NCBI GenBank assembly: GCA_030141605.1
Contig: JAQGDQ010002399.1
Coordinates: 1 to 64,000 of the forward strand
Reading direction: 5' to 3'
Source of the DNA: Tubiluchus corallicola
Taxonomy: Eukaryota > Animalia > Priapulida
Length of the DNA stretch: 64,000 nucleotides
Part shown: positions 29,484-38,942 of the stretch, piece by piece
How positions within the stretch are numbered: position 1 is the stretch's first letter
Layout: each line of letters starts with the position of its first letter
Notes under the pieces: model-generated
The model's input: the letters and a program-made list of their open reading frames with translations, nothing else
Told to the model about the DNA's origin: nothing
Databases searched by the model: none
Position numbers and translations under genes: made by a program

Positions 29484-30653
29484 ATGAGACCACTCAGATT
29501 ATTTCTACTATTTATATCGTTTCACATTTTCTTTTCATTGAATAGTTGCTCACAATCTGCTACCAATAATAAAGAAAAAAAGTTTACCTCAGAAAAGCGA
29601 AACTTTACTGTAGTAGAGATAGCAGATAACCTCAAATTTCCTTGGGGTATGGCTTTTATTAGCGAAAATGAAATACTGATAACAGAGAGAAACGGAACTG
29701 TAAAGCTATTTGCCAATCAAAAAATGTATGAACTAGAAGGCTTGTCCATTGATGTGGCTGCTAAGGGACAGGGTGGCATACTTGATATTGCTTTGCACCC
29801 TAAATACAAAGAGAATGGTTTTGTATATATGACTTATTCGAAACAACAAACTGATAAGTTATCTGCTACTACCTTAGTTCGTTTTAAATTGAAAGGACGT
29901 AAAGTATACGACTTTGAGGAGATTTTTGTAGCCACACCTTGGCAAGAGGGAAGGTTGCATTTTGGGTCGCGAATTACTTTCGACAATGAAGGGTATTTGT
30001 ATATTTCATTGGGCGACAGGTATACTTATCCGGGAGCAAGTAATATTACAAGACCAGAAAAAGCCTCACCTCAAGATTTGAGTATGCATATGGGGAGTAT
30101 CATACGCTTGAAAGATGATGGAAGTATACCCGCTGACAACCCATTTGTAAATACAAAAGGAGCAAAACCAGAAATATATTCTTATGGTCATAGAAACCCG
30201 CAAGGTTTGACTTTTAACATTAAAAATAATACTCTTTATTCTCACGAACACGGAGCTAAGGGAGGAGATGAGCTTAACATCATTAAAAGAGGTGAAAATT
30301 ATGGTTGGCCTGTTATAACATATGGAGTAGATTATTCGGGAGGCAAAATAGGCATTGGGACACACAAGGAAGGAATGTTGCAACCTATATACCATTGGGA
30401 TCCGTCTATTGCTCCTTCGGGAATGGTTTTTTGTTTCTCTTCGAAGTATCCAGAATGGGAAAATAACTTGTTCATAGGTGTTCTTAAATTTGGTCTTCTG
30501 GTACGATTGGAGATAGAAAATCATAAGGTTATCCACGAGGAAAGATTGTTAGACAACCATTTTGGGCGAATAAGAGATGTAAAAATGTCGCCACAGGGCT
30601 ATCTTTATGTATTGACTGATTCGTTCGACGGTAAAATGTTAAAAATAAAATAG
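29484..30653 (+). CDS. PQQ-dependent soluble aldose sugar dehydrogenase family lipoprotein
   Basis: PWGMAF, GQGGILD, HFGSRI, GSIPADNPF, SYGHRNPQG, EHG..GGDELN, NYGWP, SIAPSG, GRIRDV. Confidence 0.92.
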   Translation: MRPLRLFLLFISFHIFFSLNSCSQSATNNKEKKFTSEKRNFTVVEIADNLKFPWGMAFISENEILITERNGTVKLFANQKMYELEGLSIDVAAKGQGGILDIALHPKYKENGFVYMTYSKQQTDKLSATTLVRFKLKGRKVYDFEEIFVATPWQEGRLHFGSRITFDNEGYLYISLGDRYTYPGASNITRPEKASPQDLSMHMGSIIRLKDDGSIPADNPFVNTKGAKPEIYSYGHRNPQGLTFNIKNNTLYSHEHGAKGGDELNIIKRGENYGWPVITYGVDYSGGKIGIGTHKEGMLQPIYHWDPSIAPSGMVFCFSSKYPEWENNLFIGVLKFGLLVRLEIENHKVIHEERLLDNHFGRIRDVKMSPQGYLYVLTDSFDGKMLKIK

Positions 30654-30846
30654 CCTTTTTTATTATTAAAGGAGTTAAAAAATTACTTGCGAAGAAAACA
30701 ATATAATTATAGAAAACAATAAATTCGCACTTCCTATACCAAGTAAAGGACTTGATATTGTTACAAGAAAGCAAAGTTTTGTATTATTAACAAAATTTAT
30801 ATCTGTTATAGTTATAACTACTATTTAATTATTAAACTTTAATATT

Positions 30847-31635
30847 ATGACAAAAAAACTTACAATTATAATCCTGTTTGTTTTTGCAATTAACATTTTA
30901 AAAGCAGAAAAAAATTCTATGTATGTAAAAAAAGAGTATAAGAACAAAGAAGGTGCTGTGCTTCCTTATAGGATGCTTTATCCTAAAAACTATGATAAAA
31001 ATAAGAAATATCCATTGGTACTATTCCTTCACGGAGCAGGGGAAAGAGGTAGTGACAATGAAAAGCAGCTTACACACGGCTCTTCATTGTTTTTAAGAAA
31101 AGAAATAAGAAAAAAATATCCTGCTATTGTTATAATGCCTCAATGCCCCCAAGACGATTATTGGGCAAAGGTAGATGTATCAATGAATGATGATGGGTCG
31201 AAAAACTTTGACTTTACCGACAAAGATGAGATTACTCAACCCTTGCAGTTGGTTTTAGAACTTGTTGAAAGTGTTATAAAAAAGGAAAGTGTTGATACTA
31301 ATAAACTTTATATAACGGGCTTATCTATGGGGGGCTTTGGTACATTCGAGCTATTGGCACATTGTCCAGAAATGTTTGTTGCTGCTGCTCCTATATGTGG
31401 AGGGGGAAACCTAAAAAAAGCAAATAAATATGCTAAAAATGTAAACTTGTGGATATTTCACGGTGCAAAAGACGATGTAGTTTCTGTAGAGCACTCAAGA
31501 AATATTTACAAACAATTGAAGATACATAATGCAGAGGTTAAGTATACAGAGTATCCAGAAGCTTATCACGATAGTTGGGAACTTGTATTTGATGAAAAAG
31601 ATTTTATCCCTTGGATGTTTTCGAATGTAAAATAA
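30847..31635 (+). CDS. Secreted alpha/beta-hydrolase (phospholipase/carboxylesterase or peptidase-like)
   Basis: LPYR, LFLHGAGERGSDN, nucleophile GLSMGG, FHGAKDDVV, H.SW. Confidence 0.88.
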   Translation: MTKKLTIIILFVFAINILKAEKNSMYVKKEYKNKEGAVLPYRMLYPKNYDKNKKYPLVLFLHGAGERGSDNEKQLTHGSSLFLRKEIRKKYPAIVIMPQCPQDDYWAKVDVSMNDDGSKNFDFTDKDEITQPLQLVLELVESVIKKESVDTNKLYITGLSMGGFGTFELLAHCPEMFVAAAPICGGGNLKKANKYAKNVNLWIFHGAKDDVVSVEHSRNIYKQLKIHNAEVKYTEYPEAYHDSWELVFDEKDFIPWMFSNVK

Positions 31636-31936
31636 AGGAAAATTACAAATGTGATACATTACAATTCTGTTGTTTCCTGATGTAATTTTTATTTGACATA
31701 TCTCTTAGCGAGCAATTTTGTAAATAGCGAATACAAATGTAAAAACACAAACAACCCCCTTTAATGTAAGTATTAGTTCCTTGCAATTTTTAAATAAGAA
31801 AAACCATCGGACTTTAATAAAGTACTAAAAGTAAATGATAAATAAATAAAAGTCTATATATTTGAACTTTAATGTAGAACACTAATAATTACATATTACC
31901 ATATTTATTTTTATTACGAAACTAAAATTACTTATT

Positions 31937-32287
31937 ATGAAACTAAAATCATTTATTATACTTTTTTTACTGAGTGTGTCTGTAATGATTTTTGCCCAAA
32001 GCAAACAGCAAAAACAAGCAGAAAGATACGCAGCGGAAATTGCTGAAAAATTTAATCTCGATGAACAACAAAAAAAGGAGGTTGAACAGCTAAAATTAAA
32101 CCTATATGAAAGACATAGAACAATTAATAATAATGAATCTTTGTCAAAAGAAGAAAAAGAAATTCAAAGAAAATCAGCAACAAAAGAAACCAACCAAGCA
32201 ATTACTGAAATAATAGGAATGGAGAATAAAAAAGAATTGCTTGAGTTCAATAGGAGTTTTATAACAGATAATAAACGGAGGAAATAA
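31937..32287 (+). CDS. Small secreted helical hypothetical protein
   Basis: Signal peptide ending FAQ, then a charged helical region with LDEQQ motif (Spy/CpxP-like spacing). Confidence 0.65.
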   Translation: MKLKSFIILFLLSVSVMIFAQSKQQKQAERYAAEIAEKFNLDEQQKKEVEQLKLNLYERHRTINNNESLSKEEKEIQRKSATKETNQAITEIIGMENKKELLEFNRSFITDNKRRK

Positions 32288-32436
32288 AGGTAATGCAGAA
32301 TTGAAAAAATTAGACGGGCGGTAATTATATAAGGTGTTTTTTCATTGAACAAAACAAAGTTTTACATTTCGTTTTATTTATGTTTATAGAATTTGAGATG
32401 GGATGGCTTTCTTGTTTTCTGTAAGGAGGTGAAATT

Positions 32437-33519
32437 TTAGTTGTTGATGTGTAGATAATCGTAATGTATAAAAGGTTTTTGATTTTTCTGTTTTATTTTA
32501 CTTTGTGCTATGGTGGAGTTATATGTAACCTTGCCTAATCCTATGTAGCAGTTTTTGTGGTCGTATACTTTTACTATATCGTCTTTTTCAAATTCGCCTT
32601 GTATTTTGGTAATTCCTACAAATAAAAGGCTGGTGGCTGTTGAGGTTAGTAAGGCTTCTTTTGCTCCTGCGTTGATAAAGACTTTTCCTTTGGTATAATT
32701 TTCGCTATGGGCTATCCATTTTTTTACATTGGTACTTTGCTTGGATGCTACAAAATGGGTATTAACTATATCTTTTTTATTGTTTATAAGGTCTTTTAGT
32801 ATACCTTTTCGTTTGCCACTGGCAATATGCACATTTATACCTTCGTTAGCTACTTTTTTGGCTATGTTGTATTTGGTAGTCATTCCGCCACGTCCGAAGT
32901 TGGATTTATTAGGAGCAATGTAGGAGGGTATCTGGGTGTCATTAGGGTTCACTTGTCCGATAACTTTGGAGTTTTTGTCTTGTGGACTGCCAGTATATAT
33001 TCCATCTACATTAGTAAGTATAATAAGAGCTTGGGCGTTTACCATTGTAGCAATTAAGCCTGATAGTTCATCATTGTCGGTAAACATTAGTTCAGTTACC
33101 GAGGTGGTATCATTTTCATTTACAATAGGTACAATATGGTTGTTTAAAAGGGCTGTAATGCAGTTTTTAATGTTGAGATAATGTCTTCTACTTTGAAAGT
33201 CATCGCGTGTGGCAAGCACTTGGGCACAATGGGTGTGATGCTTCTTAAATAGTCGAGCATATTGATTGATGAGTTTTACTTGCCCTACTGCGGAATGTAG
33301 CTGACGAAACGATACGGGGTCTAACTTTTTGTTGATATTTACAACATTCTTACCAGAGGATACAGCCCCAGATGATACCAGTATTACCTCTATGTCTTGT
33401 TTTTGGAGGTTGGCAATTTGTTTTACTATGCGATTGATAAATCTAACATTGAGTTTGCCTGTGTTTCCAGTTATAATGTTTGAACCTATTTTTACTACTA
33501 TGCGTTTGTACTTGTTCAT
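32437..33519 (-). CDS. proB: Glutamate 5-kinase
   Basis: RIVVKIGS, VSSGAV, AVGQ, PIVNEND, DNDELS, GRGGMTTK and a C-terminal PUA domain. Confidence 0.95.
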   Translation of the reverse strand: MNKYKRIVVKIGSNIITGNTGKLNVRFINRIVKQIANLQKQDIEVILVSSGAVSSGKNVVNINKKLDPVSFRQLHSAVGQVKLINQYARLFKKHHTHCAQVLATRDDFQSRRHYLNIKNCITALLNNHIVPIVNENDTTSVTELMFTDNDELSGLIATMVNAQALIILTNVDGIYTGSPQDKNSKVIGQVNPNDTQIPSYIAPNKSNFGRGGMTTKYNIAKKVANEGINVHIASGKRKGILKDLINNKKDIVNTHFVASKQSTNVKKWIAHSENYTKGKVFINAGAKEALLTSTATSLLFVGITKIQGEFEKDDIVKVYDHKNCYIGLGKVTYNSTIAQSKIKQKNQKPFIHYDYLHINN

Positions 33520-33676
33520 AGGGCAGTGCTGTGAATTTTTGGTAAAAATATATAATTTTAAAAGTTATTGTATTTTCTTTTTTTAGTTTTTTTATTTTTA
33601 GTGGTGTAGGTGAGCGTTTGACTTGATGCAAGCAAGTAATAAATGAATTTGTAAGGGTCTAAAATATGTTGCTTTT

Positions 33677-34996
33677 TTATATTCTTGATAGGTCTAAGCC
33701 TTTAATTTTTCGGTAGAGTTTAAGTGCGTATATATCGGTCATACCAGAAATAAAATCCAAAATGGATTGTATTTTATCATAAGGTTTGTCGGTGATTGGG
33801 GTATATTGATGGGGTATGAGAGTAAGGAGCATCTGTGTGTAGTGGGTGTGTGGGGAGAGTATAGCATCGATAAATTCGTCTAATAGTGTGCTAAGTATTT
33901 TGTATCCGCTTATTTCTATCTCTATAACTGATGAGTGGTTGTATATTTTGTTGTTTGAGAGTTTTTTGGCGTGTTGCATTGCCTTTTGCATTGTGCCTTT
34001 CAAATCGTCAACAAGAGTATTATTGTATGTGCCTTGTAATATGTGTTTATGTTTTTCCCAAAAAATATTGCTGCATTCATTTACAAGTTTACCTATTATT
34101 TTAGCTCTTAGGTAGGTTATTTGTTCGTTGGTGTCGGACACGGTGGTTAGGGTTTTCTCAATGTTGCTAAGTAGTTTTTTGTCGCTTGTAGTTTCTAAGA
34201 AAGCAAATAATATGTCTTTGGTTTCTTGTGTGGTAAGTATTTGTAGTTTGTGTGCATCTTCTATATCCATAATAAGATAGCAAATGTCATCAGCTGCTTC
34301 TACCAAATATACTAAGGGATGACGAACTTTTTCTTTAAGTTGTAGTTTTTTTACTATTTTTTGATAGGTAGAATGCTCTGTATTAAAGTAGCCATATTTG
34401 TTGCTTTGTGTTTTATGTGTGGAGCTAAAAGGGTATTTTATGGTAGAGGCAAGTGTGGTATAGGTAAGGGCAAAGCCTCCTTCTCTTCTGCCTTTAAATT
34501 GATGTGTAAGTATGCGTAGGGTATTGGCGTTGCCTTCGAAGTTGGATATATCTTTCCATTGTTCTGGGGTGACAGATGTTTTATGTTTTCTCCCTTTCCC
34601 CTGTTTGAAGTAATGCGATATGGCTGACTCTCCACAATGCCCAAAAGGAGGGTTGCCAAGGTCGTGAGCTAAGCAGGCAGCTGCTACAATATTCCCAAAT
34701 TCGTGGGTGATTTCTTTGTCATCTGTCAAGTCTGTAGCTCTTAATTTACTACCAATTATTGCTCCTAATGAGCGTCCTACACTTGCTACTTCAAGGCTAT
34801 GGGTGAGTCGGTTATGCACGAATATACTACCCGGTAGAGGGAATATTTGCGTTTTATCTTGTAGGCGTCGAAAGGCAGATGAAAAAATAAGGCGGTCGTA
34901 GTCGCGCTGAAATTGAGTGCGTTCGGTAGCTTTGTTGACGGTGGATATGTTTTCTATACCGTAGCGTTGTGGAGATATGAGAGTGTTCCAGTTCAT
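33677..34996 (-). CDS. dgt: Deoxyguanosinetriphosphate triphosphohydrolase (HD family dNTPase)
   Basis: RDYDRLIFSSAFRRLQDKTQ, HNRLTHSLEV, AHDLGNPPFGH, EAADDICY..D.ED, DFISGMTD. Confidence 0.95.
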   Translation of the reverse strand: MNWNTLISPQRYGIENISTVNKATERTQFQRDYDRLIFSSAFRRLQDKTQIFPLPGSIFVHNRLTHSLEVASVGRSLGAIIGSKLRATDLTDDKEITHEFGNIVAAACLAHDLGNPPFGHCGESAISHYFKQGKGRKHKTSVTPEQWKDISNFEGNANTLRILTHQFKGRREGGFALTYTTLASTIKYPFSSTHKTQSNKYGYFNTEHSTYQKIVKKLQLKEKVRHPLVYLVEAADDICYLIMDIEDAHKLQILTTQETKDILFAFLETTSDKKLLSNIEKTLTTVSDTNEQITYLRAKIIGKLVNECSNIFWEKHKHILQGTYNNTLVDDLKGTMQKAMQHAKKLSNNKIYNHSSVIEIEISGYKILSTLLDEFIDAILSPHTHYTQMLLTLIPHQYTPITDKPYDKIQSILDFISGMTDIYALKLYRKIKGLDLSRI

Positions 34997-35125
34997 TCTG
35001 CTAAGATAGAAGATAAAATTTAGATATCCATTTTTTGTTGGGTTATAGTATCCTTTACTTTCATATAATTAGGTAAAATAAGTTTGCTTTTTTAGTTCTT
35101 TACATTGTGAATATTAATTTTTGAT

Positions 35126-36877
35126 TTATAGTTTTCGTGTGTTGTCTTTGAGCCATTGTTTTTCTACTGTTTCTAAATGAGAGGATAGTTTTTTATATAC
35201 AATTTGATGATAGTTGTTGAGCCATTGAATTTCTTGAACTGTCAGTAGGCTTTTATCTATTAGTTGTAAGTCTATGGGGCATAAAGTAAGTGTTTCGAAC
35301 TGGTAAAAATTGCCGAATTGATTTTGTTCTTTTTTTATACAAAGTAGAAGGTTTTCTGTGCGTATGCCGTATTGTCCTTCTCGGTAGATACCCGGCTCGT
35401 TAGAAGTTATGGAGTGTATAGGTATGGGGTGTTTTCCTTTATAACTAATGGAGTGGGGGCCTTCGTGAACACTAAGAAAACAACCTACTCCGTGTCCTGT
35501 ACCGTGCAAGTAATTGAGGTTATGTTGCAGTAGGGGCTGACGAGCTAGCAGGTCTAATTGTTGTCCTGTAGTATCTGATAGGAATATGGCAGTGGCTAAG
35601 GCTATATGTCCTTTGAGAACAAGGGTAAAGTCTGTTATTTGTTGCGGTGTGGGGTTGCCTAATGTAACAGTACGGGTAATATCTGTTGTTCCTTGTAAGT
35701 AATGTCCGCCAGAGTCTATAAGTAATAGTTCTTTGGGGTGTATGGCTTGGTTGCTTTTTGAGGTAGCCTGATAATGAACGATAGCTCCGTGTTGCCGATA
35801 GCCTACTATGGAGGGAAAGCTTTCGGAGACGAAATCTTTTTGCTGTGAGCGGTAATGGTATAGTTTTTCTGCTATGGTGAGTTCAGTAATATTTTTTTTA
35901 CCAATAGTATTGTACAGCCAGCATAGTGTTTTTACCATTGCAACACCATCTTTTACGTGGGCTTGTTTGGCATTTTTTATTTCTGTAAGGTTTTTTGAGG
36001 CTTTTAGAATAGTGGATGGGTTGGGTTGGTGTAAGGTTTTAGTGTGTTTGGGGATGTAAGAATATAGGTTTTGATTAATCTTATTGAGGTCTAAGGAAAT
36101 AGTATCTTGGGGGGTAAGTTGTTGCAAATCATTGTATATTTGATTGTAGTCTTTAATAACAATTTCACTGTTTATAAGTGTTTGAGGGTGTTTAGAAGAA
36201 TCAATGTATAATATAGTTTGTTGGTGGCTTATAAGTAGGTAGGCTATAGCAACTGGTGTGTATTCTATGTCGTTGGCTCTTATATTGAGTATCCAAGCAA
36301 TATCATCTAAGGTGGTAATAATATGATGCGTAATTTTTTGCTGTTTAAGTTCAGTTTTTATCAAGTTTAGTTTTTCCATTCGGGTATTACCTGCATATTG
36401 AGGAAGGTACTCGTAAACTTGGGAGCAAGGTAGTGAGGGTCTGTTTTTCCAAAGAGGTGTTATAAGGTCTTTGTTTTGTAGAGCTATCTTTTTGGGTGCA
36501 AGTGTGTTTTGTAGTTGTTGGTACTGTGTTGCAGATATTAAATTGAAGTCTATAGCTATAATTTGGTTATTCTTTATGTGGTCAAGTAGCCACTGTTTGT
36601 AATCAGGATATGGAGATGTACCAAGCGTATAAGCTTGTATAGGTGTATCTTTTAACTGCTCTTTGGCTTGGAGGGTATAACGCCCATCTGTCCATAGTGC
36701 AAGTTTTTCAGGAGTAATAACAAGTATTGCATTAGAGCCTGTAAATCCTGTAAGAAAAGCTACTATCTTCCAATATTCGGGCGGGTATTCGCTCTGATGG
36801 GAATCAACGTGATGTATAATATAGGCTTGCAGGTTGTTTGTTTTGAGCCTGTATTGTAGTTGTTTTAAGGCTTGCAT
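35126..36877 (-). CDS. Aminopeptidase P family (M24B) Xaa-Pro aminopeptidase
   Basis: D.HQSEY, GFTGS, WTDGRY, DSGG.Y..GTTDITRT, HGTGHGVG..L.VHEGP, SNEPG.Y..G.YGIR.EN. Confidence 0.93.
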   Translation of the reverse strand: MQALKQLQYRLKTNNLQAYIIHHVDSHQSEYPPEYWKIVAFLTGFTGSNAILVITPEKLALWTDGRYTLQAKEQLKDTPIQAYTLGTSPYPDYKQWLLDHIKNNQIIAIDFNLISATQYQQLQNTLAPKKIALQNKDLITPLWKNRPSLPCSQVYEYLPQYAGNTRMEKLNLIKTELKQQKITHHIITTLDDIAWILNIRANDIEYTPVAIAYLLISHQQTILYIDSSKHPQTLINSEIVIKDYNQIYNDLQQLTPQDTISLDLNKINQNLYSYIPKHTKTLHQPNPSTILKASKNLTEIKNAKQAHVKDGVAMVKTLCWLYNTIGKKNITELTIAEKLYHYRSQQKDFVSESFPSIVGYRQHGAIVHYQATSKSNQAIHPKELLLIDSGGHYLQGTTDITRTVTLGNPTPQQITDFTLVLKGHIALATAIFLSDTTGQQLDLLARQPLLQHNLNYLHGTGHGVGCFLSVHEGPHSISYKGKHPIPIHSITSNEPGIYREGQYGIRTENLLLCIKKEQNQFGNFYQFETLTLCPIDLQLIDKSLLTVQEIQWLNNYHQIVYKKLSSHLETVEKQWLKDNTRKL

Positions 36878-36885
36878 CAGTGGGT

Positions 36886-37953
36886 CTATTTTATAGTTAC
36901 ATCTGCGTATTTGCTGAATATAATTATATTGGCTTGTGTTTTGGGGTTATTACCTATTGTTCCCTGTATGGTAGTTGTACCGTTGTCTTTATATTGTTTT
37001 ACATTATATTTTTTAGGATAGTATATACTGGCTTCTTCTACTTCCGCATTAATGTTGTAGTTAGCTTGTGGACTTACTTTAAGTTTAACAGGTATATTTT
37101 CATTGTCCATCTGTAAGTAATTGAAGTTGCTTGATATATTTTCTATATTGAATGCACCGTAATTGAGCTTTGTGTTGAGGACTCTTTGCAGAGTATTTAT
37201 ATTAAATGTAGTGTGGTTGCCGGTAGTATTGAGGTTCTTTATGTTGTTGATTTGGGTTTTGTCAGATTGAGTTTTATAGTTTAAGGTAGATATGTTGTTT
37301 ATTTTTATAATAGAAAATTTACTTTCTAATTTAATATTATCTGCTTGTGTTACATTAAGTTTCGAATGGTTTGTAGTAAGGTAAGCATTTGTTATTTTGT
37401 CTATAAATATTTCTGCAAAGTTTCCTCCTATTTTACAGGGGGTTGTGTTGGTTGTTGGCCGAACTTCTTTTATTCTTAATTCTCCGTAGCTAATATATAT
37501 ATCTGAGGGAGCTTGTATTTTATTTATTGTAATATTTCCAAAGTTGTTTTCTAAATTAAGTCTTATACTTGCTGGAACTATTATATCGAAAGTTATCTGA
37601 TAGCTATGATTATCGGTTATTCCACCACCTAATAAGGTGTTAATATTCAAAATATTGTTTTTTTTAAGAAACTTAATTTCTATTTCTTTTAATATGTTTT
37701 TTGCCTGAATAGTATCGTTTGTATCTACCAATATTGTGGTTTTTACAAGTATCAGGTCTGTATAGGCATCAGTGGTAACATTAATATCTCCAAACTTATT
37801 ATCATTTAATGAAATAGCGGCTATATTGTCGCTAATAAAAGTTGTATCTACTGTTTTAAGCCTAAAATCTATGTCTTCTTCCCATTCTATCTGTGAGAAT
37901 AAATTGGAAGTACAGAGAGTGATAAGTACGGTAAATTGTAATAATAATTTCAT
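36886..37953 (-). CDS. Secreted hypothetical protein with beta-repeat (DUF4097/adhesin-like)
   Basis: Signal peptide and recurring NKFGDI/NNFGNI/SYGEL/NYGAF beta-turn repeats. Confidence 0.65.
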   Translation of the reverse strand: MKLLLQFTVLITLCTSNLFSQIEWEEDIDFRLKTVDTTFISDNIAAISLNDNKFGDINVTTDAYTDLILVKTTILVDTNDTIQAKNILKEIEIKFLKKNNILNINTLLGGGITDNHSYQITFDIIVPASIRLNLENNFGNITINKIQAPSDIYISYGELRIKEVRPTTNTTPCKIGGNFAEIFIDKITNAYLTTNHSKLNVTQADNIKLESKFSIIKINNISTLNYKTQSDKTQINNIKNLNTTGNHTTFNINTLQRVLNTKLNYGAFNIENISSNFNYLQMDNENIPVKLKVSPQANYNINAEVEEASIYYPKKYNVKQYKDNGTTTIQGTIGNNPKTQANIIIFSKYADVTIK

Positions 37954-37957
37954 AATA

Positions 37958-38728
37958 CTATAGTTTTTTTATTTTTACCAATACAGGACAATGGTCAGAG
38001 TGGTATACATTGGGAAGTATTTCTGCTCCTTGCAACCTGTCTTTAAGGTTGGAAGTTACCAAGTGGTAATCTATTCTCCATCCCAAATTTTTTTCTCTAG
38101 CATTAGCCCTGTAACTCCACCAGCTATATTGATTAGGTTCTGGGTTGTATTCTCTAAATGTATCTATAAAGCCGTCTGCTATAAACTCATCAAACCACTG
38201 ACGTTCTTCAGGAAGAAAACCTGAGCTTTTTTTGTGTCTTTCGGGGTGGTTGATGTCTATAGGCTTGTGGCAAATATTGTAATCACCTGATATAACAAGG
38301 CGGGGAGTAGTTTGTTTCACCTTATTTATATATGCTTTGAAGTCGTAGAGGAACTCCATTTTATACTTTTGCCTTACATCTCCCATTGTGCCTGATGGAA
38401 AATAAGCGTTTATAACTGTGAAATTGTCAAAATGGAGTTGTAATACCCTTCCTTCAATGTCGTATTTAGGATTATCCATTCCATTTTTTGTTAGCTTAGG
38501 AGGTATTTTAGTAAGAATAGCTACGCCACTATATCCTTTCTTTTGTGCTGGGTGGTGGTAGAAGCGATAGCCAAGTTCTTCGAAGATGGACGTGTCTATT
38601 TGGTCGTTTTGTGCTTTGGTTTCTTGCAAACATATAATATCATAATTGTTTTCCTTTACCCATTGAATGAAGCCTTTTTTAATAGCTGCTCTTATGCCAT
38701 TGACGTTGTATGATATTATTTTTAACAT
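37958..38728 (-). CDS. xth: Exodeoxyribonuclease III / AP endonuclease
   Basis: ISYNVNGIRA, CLQETK, GYSGV, YFP, GDYN, SGFLPEER, WWSYR, GWRIDY, SDHCP. Start at MLKIIS. Confidence 0.96.
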   Translation of the reverse strand: MLKIISYNVNGIRAAIKKGFIQWVKENNYDIICLQETKAQNDQIDTSIFEELGYRFYHHPAQKKGYSGVAILTKIPPKLTKNGMDNPKYDIEGRVLQLHFDNFTVINAYFPSGTMGDVRQKYKMEFLYDFKAYINKVKQTTPRLVISGDYNICHKPIDINHPERHKKSSGFLPEERQWFDEFIADGFIDTFREYNPEPNQYSWWSYRANAREKNLGWRIDYHLVTSNLKDRLQGAEILPNVYHSDHCPVLVKIKKL

Positions 38729-38942
38729 TTGTTTGTTGATGTGTGTGTTTACAAAAAAACAAAGATATAATAAAGTATAATCCACAAGGCGAAATGTACA
38801 GTTTCCTCGTTCTTTTTATTTTTTTGGGTTATACATAGCCTAAACAATTTGCTGTCTTTAAATTTTTAAAAATTTTTACTTGTTACGAGCGGATAATTAT
38901 CTGTCATTTTTTATTAGGGTGTTGTATTTATGGCTTTGTCTC

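Noticed and set aside
33677-34996. dGTPase as an anti-phage nucleotide-depletion system
   Set aside because: It sits in a housekeeping run (proB, aminopeptidase P, xth) and looks like the ordinary Bacteroidota dgt.
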